Virus record (IMG/VR): IMGVR_UViG_3300021431_000013
Length of the DNA: 64,000 bases
Origin: an uncultured virus (IMG/VR IMGVR_UViG_3300021431_000013)
Taxonomy: Duplodnaviria; Heunggongvirae; Uroviricota; Caudoviricetes
Reading direction: 5' to 3' (one strand)
In this document: positions 9,675 through 18,828 of the stretch, piece after piece
How positions within the stretch are numbered: position 1 is the first letter of the stretch
How the letters are laid out: each line of letters opens with the position of its first letter
The notes under the pieces: model-generated
What the model was told of the DNA's origin: nothing
The model's input: the letters and a program-made list of their open reading frames with translations, nothing else
Databases searched by the model: none
Made by a program: the position numbers and the translations under genes

Positions 9675-10040
9675 ATGGCAGTACAGTGGCAGTGGAGCGA
9701 TAAATGCGGAGAACTTATTATTGAACAGACAATCGAGAACGAAACAAAGGAGTTTACAAAAACTCTTTATGAGGGCAACTGCTTTCTGATTGTTCTTAAT
9801 GAATGGGATGAAGGTGAAAGTCATATGTATAGTCTGTATACCTTCTTTGCAGATGAGAAACATGCTAAAAGGTGTCTCGGACTTGAGAAAGGCTACGAAA
9901 ATCTTTGGGACGAGGGCTTCGACACTGTTAAAAAGTTACGCATTAATAAGAAGAAATGTCGTAGCTGGAAGAAGATTATCACACTGTTTTCTCAGGCATT
10001 TGATAATCTTGAGATTGAGATTTATAGTGAGGAGAATTAA
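9675..10040 (+). CDS. Hypothetical protein
   Basis: ORF with AAAGGAG RBS. Confidence 0.7.
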   Translation: MAVQWQWSDKCGELIIEQTIENETKEFTKTLYEGNCFLIVLNEWDEGESHMYSLYTFFADEKHAKRCLGLEKGYENLWDEGFDTVKKLRINKKKCRSWKKIITLFSQAFDNLEIEIYSEEN

Positions 10041-10041
10041 T

Positions 10042-10260
10042 ATGGTTTGGGTTGCAAAAGACGGTTCCAGCATTGTGGACGTAACAATTTCATTGGATTT
10101 CAAGTTTGACCTCGATGACCTTGAAGAATCAATTACATTGTCAATAAACGAGTATCTAAATAAATATTTAGGCGATAATGTAGTTGATGCGTTAACGCCA
10201 GAGCAATATAAAGTAATTGTTAATCGACTTATTACTATTTTTTTAGATAGGGTTGGGTGA
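10042..10260 (+). CDS. Hypothetical protein
   Basis: ATG after GAGGAG RBS inside the 9790-10260 ORF. Confidence 0.55.
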   Translation: MVWVAKDGSSIVDVTISLDFKFDLDDLEESITLSINEYLNKYLGDNVVDALTPEQYKVIVNRLITIFLDRVG

Positions 10261-10264
10261 CAGC

Positions 10265-11944
10265 ATGATTGATATAAGAATAGATGAAGCTAAGAAATGT
10301 AATGGGGATTGGTCACTGTATGTGACCTTCCCCTATAATGATAAAATCGTTGATGTTATCAGAACATTTTCTGGCAGAGTTTGGGATAAGAATAAAAAAG
10401 AATGGGAACTTCCATTTAAGTGCTTCAAAACTTTTATTGATTCTCTTCCAGAATTTGATTTCGATATTCACGGCAACTGGTCAGCATTTGCAGAAAAGAA
10501 AGCTGTAGCAATGCCTGCTGGTTTTACATTTAAAACAAAACCATTTCAGCATCAGATTGATGGATTTAATTACGGTCTTAATAATGACAGATGGTTACTC
10601 GGTGATGAACAGGGGCTTGGCAAAACTAAACAGGTCATTGATATTGCTGTAGCTAAAAAACTTCAGAAGGGCTATAAGCACTGTCTTATCATCTGTGGTG
10701 TTAACGGTCTTAAATGGAACTGGGTTAATGAGGTCCATACTCACAGTGATGAAGACGCTTGGATTCTTGGTCAGCGTTGGAAAGCTGGCAAAAAAGTTAT
10801 TGGCAGTATGAATGACAGAATTGAAGACTTAAAAAATCTGAATAAGATTGAGCCGTATTTTCTTGTTACTAATGTGGAAACACTTAGAAATGAAGACTTT
10901 GTAAAAGAACTTCAGAAACTTTGCAAGAATAATACTATTGGTCTTGTGGCGATTGATGAGATTCATAAGTGTAAGAATCCATCTTCACAACAGGGCAAAG
11001 GCATCTTAAAGATTCAGCCAGAGTGTAGAATTGCTATGACTGGCACTCCTCTTATGAACACGCCGTTTGATTTATTTATTATTCTCAAGTGGCTTGGGTA
11101 TGAGAAACACCCGTTCTATGCTTTTAAAAAACACTACGGAGTGTTCGGTGGTTACGGCGGATATGAGTGTGTCGGTTATCGTTATCTTGATGAGTTACAG
11201 GCACAGCTTGATGAAATCATGCTTAGAAGATTAAAGAATGATGTTCTTGACCTTCCAGAGAAAACTCATATTACTGAATACGTTGAAATGACACCGAAGC
11301 AGGCTCAGATTTATAAGGAAGTAACTGCGGCTATTAAGATGAATATCGACCAGATTAAGATGGAAAATAATCCGCTTGCAGAACTTATCAGAATGAGACA
11401 AGCTACTGGTTATACCGGTATTCTTTCTTCTACAATTAAAGAATCTGCTAAACTTGACAGAATGGAAGAACTTGTCGATGAAGCTGTAGAAAATGGTAAG
11501 AAAGTTGTTATTTTTAGCAACTGGACACAAATGACACTTCCTATCTATAACAGACTTGCAGTTAAATATTCTGGTACTTATATCACAGGTGAAGTTGACA
11601 GTGACCAGAGACAGGAACATGTAAGAAGATTTCAGGAAGATGATAAGTGTAAATTCATTGTCGGTACAATCGGTGCTATGGGTACAGGTCTTACTCTTAC
11701 AGCTGGAACAGTTGAAATCTTTATGGATGAGCCGTGGAATCGTGCTAACAAAGAACAGGCAGAAGACCGCTGTCATCGTGTTGGTACTAAAGAGAACGTA
11801 ACTATTTACACTCTGGTATGTAAAGATACTATTGATGAGCGAATTAACGAACTTGTAGAACGTAAGGGAATGATGGCAGACGCATTAGTTGATGGGAAAA
11901 TCGCTATTGACAAGGGTCAGTTACTTGATTTTCTTATCAATTAA
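10265..11944 (+). CDS. SNF2-family helicase (HARP-like N-terminus)
   Basis: DEQGLGKT, DEIH, MTGTP, QAEDRCHRVG. Confidence 0.93.
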   Translation: MIDIRIDEAKKCNGDWSLYVTFPYNDKIVDVIRTFSGRVWDKNKKEWELPFKCFKTFIDSLPEFDFDIHGNWSAFAEKKAVAMPAGFTFKTKPFQHQIDGFNYGLNNDRWLLGDEQGLGKTKQVIDIAVAKKLQKGYKHCLIICGVNGLKWNWVNEVHTHSDEDAWILGQRWKAGKKVIGSMNDRIEDLKNLNKIEPYFLVTNVETLRNEDFVKELQKLCKNNTIGLVAIDEIHKCKNPSSQQGKGILKIQPECRIAMTGTPLMNTPFDLFIILKWLGYEKHPFYAFKKHYGVFGGYGGYECVGYRYLDELQAQLDEIMLRRLKNDVLDLPEKTHITEYVEMTPKQAQIYKEVTAAIKMNIDQIKMENNPLAELIRMRQATGYTGILSSTIKESAKLDRMEELVDEAVENGKKVVIFSNWTQMTLPIYNRLAVKYSGTYITGEVDSDQRQEHVRRFQEDDKCKFIVGTIGAMGTGLTLTAGTVEIFMDEPWNRANKEQAEDRCHRVGTKENVTIYTLVCKDTIDERINELVERKGMMADALVDGKIAIDKGQLLDFLIN

Positions 11945-12046
11945 ACATTGACAACATAAATATTATGTTATATAATATTAGTGTAAATAAGAAAACTCTG
12001 AATACGAAGGATGTGATTATTATGATTTTTTAGGAGGTGCTGATGT

Positions 12047-12352
12047 ATGGCAGAGGAAAGATTATTGAAACTTGAGGAAGTAGCTATTCTAATCGGGAGT
12101 AGCGGTAAATCAATAAATAACTGGTATTGGTTTAAACGTGAAAATCCCGACAATGAATATGCTAAGATGTTGCCTGACTATGTTCAAGAGGGTGCTAGAC
12201 AGACTAGATATTGGAAAGAATCTGATATTTGGAAACTGATAGAATTTAAGCAAGCAATCCCCCAAGGACGACATGGTATTATGGGTAGTGTTACTCAGAA
12301 ATACTATCATAAAGAAAAGGAGAAAGAAAGAGAAAATGAGGATGAATCTTGA
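12047..12352 (+). CDS. Excisionase-like HTH DNA-binding protein
   Basis: LLKLEEVAILIG.S.KSINNW; own TTGACA/TATAAT promoter at 11948-11976. Confidence 0.55.
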   Translation: MAEERLLKLEEVAILIGSSGKSINNWYWFKRENPDNEYAKMLPDYVQEGARQTRYWKESDIWKLIEFKQAIPQGRHGIMGSVTQKYYHKEKEKERENEDES

Positions 12353-12740
12353 TGAACTAATTCCGCAGTATGCTCAGAACAAAGCAGAAATGGATAGTTA
12401 TAAAAAGATTTGCGATAGTGAAAATGCTCAGATTAAGGCATTGATGGCAGAGTTAGATGACCCAGTATATGAAGCTGGCGGGTATAAAGCAACATACTCC
12501 GTACAAGAACGTGAAAGTATGAATGAGGATATTTTACTTGATATTGCTCATCATTTCGGACTTTCGGAAATTGTAAAGACAAAAGAGTATATTGATTTTG
12601 ATGCACTTGAAAAAGCAATTTATGATGGTAAAATTTCTGACGATATTTTACTTGAAATGAATAAGGCAAAAGAAGTTAAAGAGGTAGTTACACTTAGAGT
12701 AACTAAAATTAAAAAGAAGAGGGAAGATAAAAATGATTGA
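12336..12740 (+). CDS. Hypothetical protein (Gam/gp157-like helical protein, tentative)
   Basis: ORF; VKTKEYIDFDALEKAI motif. Confidence 0.5.
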   Translation: MRMNLDELIPQYAQNKAEMDSYKKICDSENAQIKALMAELDDPVYEAGGYKATYSVQERESMNEDILLDIAHHFGLSEIVKTKEYIDFDALEKAIYDGKISDDILLEMNKAKEVKEVVTLRVTKIKKKREDKND

Positions 12741-12867
12741 TGTAACCAAATTTACAGATGCACTGGAAATTGTTGAAAAGCATGTTGCAGATAAAGTAAC
12801 AAAGGATAATGTTACTATTTACAGAGTAGGCAATGTTATTAGAATTGATATTAAAGAGGAGTAAATT

Positions 12868-13071
12868 ATGGCAGTAACAACTACAATTCGTGCTACAAGT
12901 AGGGCATCTGTTAAAATTAACGATTCTTTTTACACCGTCGAATGGTGTGAAGAAAGAATGGTTGAGCCGGAAGATGATTTAGAAGAAGCACGTGCCAGTC
13001 TTTGGGAAACGTGTAATACAGAAGTTGACGGACAGATTGAAGACATTCTGAAAAGTTTTGCAAAAAGATAG
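12868..13071 (+). CDS. Hypothetical protein
   Basis: GAGGAG RBS, 67 aa. Confidence 0.65.
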   Translation: MAVTTTIRATSRASVKINDSFYTVEWCEERMVEPEDDLEEARASLWETCNTEVDGQIEDILKSFAKR

Positions 13072-13100
13072 TTGACAAATCTTACTTTATGTAGTATAAT
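13072..13100 (+). promoter_or_regulatory. Promoter of the replication initiator operon
   Basis: TTGACA-17-TATAAT. Confidence 0.8.
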
Positions 13101-13145
13101 TAAATAGTCGAAAGACATTGCTCAATACGAGCATTTAACAAATAG

Positions 13146-13255
13146 GTTAGCTTGCACTTCCGTCACGGTGCTTGCAATAAACACCTCATAGGAGAGTACA
13201 GGCTAACAAAGTCTATACATTACAGAGTGACGGCTGTATTTGTATAGACTTTTTG
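13146..13255 (+). ncRNA. Structured 5' leader with two stem-loops, complementary loops and a terminator-like second hairpin
   Basis: GTTAGCTTGCACT/AGTACAGGCTAAC stem; AAAGTCTATACA/TGTATAGACTTT plus T-run; CCGTCAC (13160-66) complementary to GTGACGG (13227-33). Confidence 0.6.
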
Positions 13256-13272
13256 TTTTATGTGGAGGATAT

Positions 13273-14100
13273 ATGCAATCGAATAATTATGTTGTAATAC
13301 AAGGTTGGATGTGTAATGAACTACAATTAAAAGGAAATGAACTTTTAATTTTTGCACTTATTCATGGGTTTTCTCAAGATAATATATCAAAATTTCGCGG
13401 TGGTCGTAAATACATCGCAGATACATTTAATATATCTCTTCCAACAGTAGATAAAGCACTTCAAGGGTTAGTAAATAAAAATTATTTATGCAAAGAAGGA
13501 CTTGATGATTTTGTCAATCCAAATATTTATTGGGTAAATTTTGAAGTAGTAAAGAAACTTTACGAGGGTAGTAAAGAAACTTTACATGGGGGTAGTAAAG
13601 AAACTTTACTTAATAATACTAGTAAACAAACAACTAGTAAAAAAGAAAAAGTAGTATCTAAAGATACTACTACAAAATCGGATTTCACATTCGGTAAAAC
13701 AAAACCTAAAAAAGAGAATTTGTATACAAAATGTGTTACTTTGATTGACAGCTATGATTTTAGTAATTGGGGTAATATACGAAAATTACTGATTGAATAT
13801 CTACAGTTTAGAATATCTGTAAAAGAAAAACCATTGTACACTAATATGTGGAAAGGTATGCTTAATAAACTCGTTGAAATGTGCGATAATGATATTTACA
13901 TGTACGAATCAATTATTAAGCAGAGTATTGAACGTGGTTATTTATCTTTTTATCCTATTTCTTCCGGCAGTAAAAATGATTTACAGTCTAAGCCTTGGGA
14001 AAAAGGAGTAAGATGCGATACATATACAGAGGAAGAACTAGAAGAACTACGGCGTATTGATGCAGAAAGAGAAGCACAAGGACTACAGACAAGATTCTAG
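13273..14100 (+). CDS. Replication initiator protein (N-terminal winged HTH)
   Basis: YVVIQGWM..LQLKGNELLIFALIHGFSQ, HTH; internal iterons; upstream of DnaC/DnaB. Confidence 0.8.
   Translation: MQSNNYVVIQGWMCNELQLKGNELLIFALIHGFSQDNISKFRGGRKYIADTFNISLPTVDKALQGLVNKNYLCKEGLDDFVNPNIYWVNFEVVKKLYEGSKETLHGGSKETLLNNTSKQTTSKKEKVVSKDTTTKSDFTFGKTKPKKENLYTKCVTLIDSYDFSNWGNIRKLLIEYLQFRISVKEKPLYTNMWKGMLNKLVEMCDNDIYMYESIIKQSIERGYLSFYPISSGSKNDLQSKPWEKGVRCDTYTEEELEELRRIDAEREAQGLQTRF
13546..13670. repeat. Iteron-like repeats (probable origin of replication)
   Basis: GTAGTAAAGAAACTTTAC x3 at 13546, 13568, 13592; palindrome GTAGTATCT-AA-AGATACTAC at 13651-13670. Confidence 0.75.
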
Positions 14101-14110
14101 GAGAATAATT

Positions 14111-14344
14111 GTGAAACTATTGCTATTTTTGAAAAATTTATGTAAAGTATTTAGTGTAGCATTTGGAGTTGCGTGTTGGATTTGTGTATTGCTTGTGGAC
14201 ACAGATTTAAACTACGTAAGAGTAGTGATAGCACTTATCGTATGTATGGTCGCAGGATTTACATTGCTTCAATGCTATTCTTATTTAGATTATATACTTA
14301 GCAATTACCAACTTCCCCAATTTGATAAGGGGGAGGATTTCTGA
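14111..14344 (+). CDS. Small membrane protein (2 TM)
   Basis: GTG start after AGGAG; two hydrophobic segments. Confidence 0.55.
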   Translation: MKLLLFLKNLCKVFSVAFGVACWICVLLVDTDLNYVRVVIALIVCMVAGFTLLQCYSYLDYILSNYQLPQFDKGEDF

Positions 14345-14414
14345 TAACCTCCTTTCTTTATGTTGGCGTTTGTCGGTATCGCCTGAATAACCGTCTCTTT
14401 AGAAAGGAGAAAAT

Positions 14415-15059
14415 ATGAGAGAAGACTGTTGGTATAAGAACGTATGTTCACAGAACACTTGTTCTACGTGCATACGTTATTCAGAAATGAAGTATCTAAT
14501 AGATAACAGTGGTATTCCGCAAAACAGACAGCGACCGCAATCGTTAGAAGCTGGCATAGATTATAAAGCATTTGTTGAACTGAATGACATTAAAACAAAT
14601 ATAGTTGAAAATGTTAATAACGGAAACAATCTGTATATTTGCAGTAAAGAAACCGGTAATGGTAAAACTAGTTGGTCTATTAAGATATTGTTGAAATATT
14701 TTGATGAAATATGGGCCGGTAACGGATTTCGTGTTAGAGGATATTTTCAACACGTTCCAACGTTTCTCAACACGTTGAAAGATTTTAGTAAATCCCACGA
14801 TGCGTTGAAAAACACGTTGGAAAATACTGATATAGTAGTGTGGGATGATATAGCGGCAACTAAATTATCCGATTATGATGTCAGTCAGCTATTAACTATT
14901 ATTGATTTAAGAACAGTTAACGGCAAGACAAACATATATACTGGAAACGTCACAACAAAAGAAGAACTTGAAAAAGTGTTAGGTAGCAGACTTGCCAGTA
15001 GAATATGGAATTGTAGCACAGTGGTCGAGTTTAGAGGAAAAGATAGGCGGGCAAAGTAA
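14415..15059 (+). CDS. dnaC: DnaC/IstB-like helicase loader ATPase
   Basis: N-terminal Cys cluster, TGNGKTS, VVWDD, GSRLASR, FRGKDRR. Confidence 0.85.
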   Translation: MREDCWYKNVCSQNTCSTCIRYSEMKYLIDNSGIPQNRQRPQSLEAGIDYKAFVELNDIKTNIVENVNNGNNLYICSKETGNGKTSWSIKILLKYFDEIWAGNGFRVRGYFQHVPTFLNTLKDFSKSHDALKNTLENTDIVVWDDIAATKLSDYDVSQLLTIIDLRTVNGKTNIYTGNVTTKEELEKVLGSRLASRIWNCSTVVEFRGKDRRAK

Positions 15060-16360
15060 TGGTAGCGTTACAGATAATTTCCAAAATTCTGTCAACAAAA
15101 GATAGCAGTATATTAGAGGATAATATGCTCACAGAGGATTACTTTGTTGGCTATGAGAATGAATATAATTTCATTGTTTCACATCAAAAGGAATACGGCA
15201 GTGTTCCAGACAAAGCAACATTTCTAGCAAAATTCCCAGAGATAGATTTAGTAGATGTGACAGAATCAGATAGGTATTTAGTAGATACGATACGTGAGGA
15301 GTATTTGTATTATAAGTCTGTTCCTGTTGTTCAGAAAGTCGCAGAATTATTAAAGTCAGACGCTAATGCGGCCGCTGAATATATGATTCAAGCAATGAAA
15401 GAACTTGAGCCGAATTATAGATTAAGTGGAACTGACATTGTAGCAGATGCTAGTGAAAGATATGACCAGTTTATAGAGCGTAGAGAGCATCAAGACGAGT
15501 GGTTTTTTACAAGTGGGTTTGAAGAACTCGATGACTTGATTCACGGCATACAAAGAGAGGAAGAGTTTTTTGTAATATTTGCACGTACTAATCAAGGTAA
15601 ATCTTGGGTACTTGAAAAGATGTGTACGCATGTTTGGCAGATAGGATTTAATGTTGGATATATTTCTCCAGAAATGGGTGCAAGTAGTATAGGTTATAGA
15701 TTTGACACACTGTATAAGAATTTTTCCAATAAAGGGTTGATGTGGGGAAAAGACGGTGTTGAAGTCGAAGAGTATGAAAAGTATATAGAAGACTTAAAGC
15801 AGAGACAGAATAAATTTATTGTAGCAACACCTAATGATTTCTCAAGAAAGATAACAGTATCTAAATTAAGAAACTGGATAAAGCAGTATAAGTTAGATTT
15901 AGTAGCCGTTGATGGTATCACGTATATGACTGACGAAAGATTTCAGAGAGGTGATAATAAGACAACACAGTTAACCCACATAAGTGAAGATTTGATGTCA
16001 TTATCTATGGAAATTAAAGTGCCGATATTGATTGTAGTGCAAGCGAATAGAGGTGGTGTAGCAGTAGATGAAGATGCTGGCGCACCCGAACTTGAAACAA
16101 TCAGAGACAGTGATGGTATCGCACATAATGCAAGTAAAGTAATATCTATCAGACAGACTAAAGAAGGCGTATTGCGATTAGAAGTTAAGAAGCAGAGATT
16201 CGGAGCAGTTGGTGGTAAATTAAATTATCAATGGGATATTGACACTGGGTCTTTTATCTTTATTCCTTCTTATGATGATGCAGAGCCTAGAGAAAGGACA
16301 GAGCGTAAAGTAAGAGAAGTAAGGAAACAGTTTAGTGGAGATAAGGAGGATGTTTTTTAA
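15059..16360 (+). CDS. dnaB: DnaB-like replicative helicase
   Basis: ARTNQGKS, SPEM, VAVDG, VQANR, KKQRFG. Confidence 0.9.
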   Translation: MVALQIISKILSTKDSSILEDNMLTEDYFVGYENEYNFIVSHQKEYGSVPDKATFLAKFPEIDLVDVTESDRYLVDTIREEYLYYKSVPVVQKVAELLKSDANAAAEYMIQAMKELEPNYRLSGTDIVADASERYDQFIERREHQDEWFFTSGFEELDDLIHGIQREEEFFVIFARTNQGKSWVLEKMCTHVWQIGFNVGYISPEMGASSIGYRFDTLYKNFSNKGLMWGKDGVEVEEYEKYIEDLKQRQNKFIVATPNDFSRKITVSKLRNWIKQYKLDLVAVDGITYMTDERFQRGDNKTTQLTHISEDLMSLSMEIKVPILIVVQANRGGVAVDEDAGAPELETIRDSDGIAHNASKVISIRQTKEGVLRLEVKKQRFGAVGGKLNYQWDIDTGSFIFIPSYDDAEPRERTERKVREVRKQFSGDKEDVF

Positions 16361-16557
16361 TGCCTACTGAAAAAGTTTGTCCTAAGTGTGGTTCGTTATG
16401 TCAATTTGAAACCCTTGAACCGCATATTTTATTTGGGTATAGGTGTAAGAATTGTGGATGTGAATTTAATGTATTTAAAATTGTAGTTGGGTGGGATAAT
16501 AGTGAAATTGACGATAGAGGAATTGAAGAAGATAGAAATAGAAATGGAAGAACATGA
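16360..16557 (+). CDS. Small zinc-ribbon protein
   Basis: CPKCG...CKNCG. Confidence 0.55.
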   Translation: MPTEKVCPKCGSLCQFETLEPHILFGYRCKNCGCEFNVFKIVVGWDNSEIDDRGIEEDRNRNGRT

Positions 16558-16683
16558 AGAGTGGATGAAAGAAATGTATTTAAGTATGGGTACAGAGCAT
16601 GAAGATGCGGGAGATAGAATTTAGTACTTGACAAATGTGTAATCTAATGTTATAATAAAGAAAAAAAGAAAGCGAGTGAGAAA

Positions 16684-17061
16684 ATGATAGGAATTAACAT
16701 CTGTATGCCGATTAAATGTTGCGATTGTCCGATTGAGAAGTGTGTGGTTGGTAGCATAAATCATGTATGTCAAATCACAGGGGAAAAGACTAGCGAGATT
16801 AGAGGGGCGATTAGAGGAAATCGTTGCCCTCTCCGCGAACTGCCAGAAGACGACAAAATTCGTGTAGGTGATGAGGTGATAACTAGTTACGGGTCGCGTG
16901 CAGTGGTATTGGGAATTGATAGTTATACTGATTCGTTGTTTACGGTGCGCAGTGATGGTTCATGTGGCACACACGGCATACAGCATTTCACAAAGACAGG
17001 CCGTCACTTCGATGAGGCTGAAATCATGTTAAAGAAGATGAGAGGTGAGGACGATGACTGA
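16684..17061 (+). CDS. Hypothetical Cys-rich protein
   Basis: MPxxCxDCP...CPL motif; promoter at 16628-16656. Confidence 0.6.
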   Translation: MIGINICMPIKCCDCPIEKCVVGSINHVCQITGEKTSEIRGAIRGNRCPLRELPEDDKIRVGDEVITSYGSRAVVLGIDSYTDSLFTVRSDGSCGTHGIQHFTKTGRHFDEAEIMLKKMRGEDDD

Positions 17062-17266
17062 ATACATCAATAGGGATGAAGCCCTCGATTTGGTAAGTTG
17101 GGACACTGAGACTTACACTGCTATTAACATGTTGGATACTGTGGAGATTATCCGATGTAAGGATTGTAAGTGGAACAATATGGGCGAGTGTGAACACTTT
17201 TTAGGGCTTCTCGTTGCCAATGATGAGAACTTTTGTAGTTATGCGGAAAGGAGAGAAGATGGCTGA
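17054..17266 (+). CDS. Small Cys-rich protein (IIRCKDCK...FCS family)
   Basis: RCKDCK and FCSYAERR motifs. Confidence 0.65.
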   Translation: MTEYINRDEALDLVSWDTETYTAINMLDTVEIIRCKDCKWNNMGECEHFLGLLVANDENFCSYAERREDG

Positions 17267-17453
17267 ATTATTATTAAAGCCTTGCCCATTCTGTGGCGGT
17301 GAAGCAGAGTTGATAACAATTCCAAGATATTTTTCAGACGGCTCAGGATATATTTTTAAGTGCATGGTAGGATGTTGTATTCAAATGCCGTATAGATCAG
17401 AACAGAAGGCTATCGAAGCATGGAACAGAAGGGTAGGTGAGGGCAATGGCTGA
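17259..17453 (+). CDS. Lar-family restriction alleviation-like protein
   Basis: LKPCPFCGGEA...AIEAWNRR. Confidence 0.75.
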   Translation: MAELLLKPCPFCGGEAELITIPRYFSDGSGYIFKCMVGCCIQMPYRSEQKAIEAWNRRVGEGNG

Positions 17454-17679
17454 ATACATCTTCAAGATTGACGAGGCTCTTTATGATGAAGCGACAGGCA
17501 AGATGGTCATGAAGCCAAAAGTGGTCGGTAAGTTAATCCGATGCAAGGACTGCAAGCATTATTATTTTGCAGACAATCGGGTTGAAGCTGAGCAGTGCCA
17601 TGTATGTGGTTATTGGGATTTCGATAGTCCAAGTCCAAACGGTTTTTGCAGTTTTGCAGAAAGGAGAGACGATGCCTAG
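17446..17679 (+). CDS. Small Cys-rich protein (IRCKDCK...FCS family)
   Basis: RCKDCKHY and FCSFAERR. Confidence 0.65.
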   Translation: MAEYIFKIDEALYDEATGKMVMKPKVVGKLIRCKDCKHYYFADNRVEAEQCHVCGYWDFDSPSPNGFCSFAERRDDA

Positions 17680-18556
17680 ATACATAGATATTGACGCTCT
17701 CTGGAGAGACGTCACTAGCAACATCGAGGACTGTGGCGATGTTCTGGAAATCATCGAAAAACAGCAAGTTGTCACTATAAATGACCTTGCCGAGGAAAAT
17801 AAAGTTACAAAATGTAATCATAAATCATCCGCACAGCCAACATACACCGATGCTGAAATCCAGAAGATGCAAGACTTGGAACAGGCACAGATTGAAAAGG
17901 CGTATCAGCTTGGATATGAAGAGGGTAAGAGGGATGCCCAGTCAGAATCCTGCCGTGGATGCAGGTATGAGCCGAGATGCTCACATGAAGAGCCTTGTGG
18001 AAGCTGTAGCAATAACTACGTGAATAAGTATGAGGGAAGGCGAAAGGGCATGGCTGATATGATGACATTTCCAGAAACAGTTGATGAGTATATGGAACAG
18101 TATAAGATTACCGACACGAAGCAGATATACACAAACGGTGCGGAACTTGTACCAATATTCCGAATGAAGCAATGGTTTGAGCATAAGACTGACAGAATGA
18201 AGTTCGTGCAAGAAGCAGTTAACACGCTTATGAACACGTCAAAAACAGATGGAATCAAAGATAAATGTTTTCGAAATGCGGCACGATTCGTGCAAAATGC
18301 CATTGATGGCAAACCGCAAGACTATGAGCTGATACCTGACGATCCAGAACAGCACTGGATTCCGTGGAACAGCGGGAAGCCTCCAAAGGAATCTGGAACA
18401 TATCCTATCACGGCATATGATGGAGTAGATAGGCGTGTGACCTATGCAAAATATCAGAAACGACTGAAGCGGTGGGAACTGACAGTGGCAAGGGCGTATT
18501 GGAGAGTGCTTGCATGGATGCCAGAGCCAGAACCATGTGAAGGAGATGTAAAATGA
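17672..18556 (+). CDS. Mosaic multi-domain phage protein with C-terminal DUF551-like domain
   Basis: WIP...PKESG...VLAWMPEPEP; several fused small modules. Confidence 0.6.
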   Translation: MPRYIDIDALWRDVTSNIEDCGDVLEIIEKQQVVTINDLAEENKVTKCNHKSSAQPTYTDAEIQKMQDLEQAQIEKAYQLGYEEGKRDAQSESCRGCRYEPRCSHEEPCGSCSNNYVNKYEGRRKGMADMMTFPETVDEYMEQYKITDTKQIYTNGAELVPIFRMKQWFEHKTDRMKFVQEAVNTLMNTSKTDGIKDKCFRNAARFVQNAIDGKPQDYELIPDDPEQHWIPWNSGKPPKESGTYPITAYDGVDRRVTYAKYQKRLKRWELTVARAYWRVLAWMPEPEPCEGDVK

Positions 18557-18828
18557 AAAAGCTTTTTGTCATCATGATTATATTCACAATAATTATGATT
18601 CTTGGATGTGGCATTAACTTGCAGAGCGAAAAGAATATTGATGTTGAAACTGCACGAATCAAAACAGTTTACAGCGGTCATTACAGTATTCCTCAGGAAT
18701 GGATATTTGTTGACACTGAAACAAATGTCATGTATCTGTACGAAGATATTGGCTATGGTGGCGGTTTAACAGTGATGGTCGATAAAGACGGTAAGCCACT
18801 GTTGTGGGAAGAGGGTGATACCGAATGA
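18553..18828 (+). CDS. Putative lipoprotein (DUF6440-like)
   Basis: Signal peptide with ILGC lipobox; VDTETNVMYL...GGLTVMVDKDGKPLL. Confidence 0.65.
   Translation: MKKLFVIMIIFTIIMILGCGINLQSEKNIDVETARIKTVYSGHYSIPQEWIFVDTETNVMYLYEDIGYGGGLTVMVDKDGKPLLWEEGDTE

Noticed and set aside
11231..11776. 181-aa minus-strand ORF and similar antisense ORFs throughout
   Set aside because: They lie opposite well-supported + strand genes; shadows.
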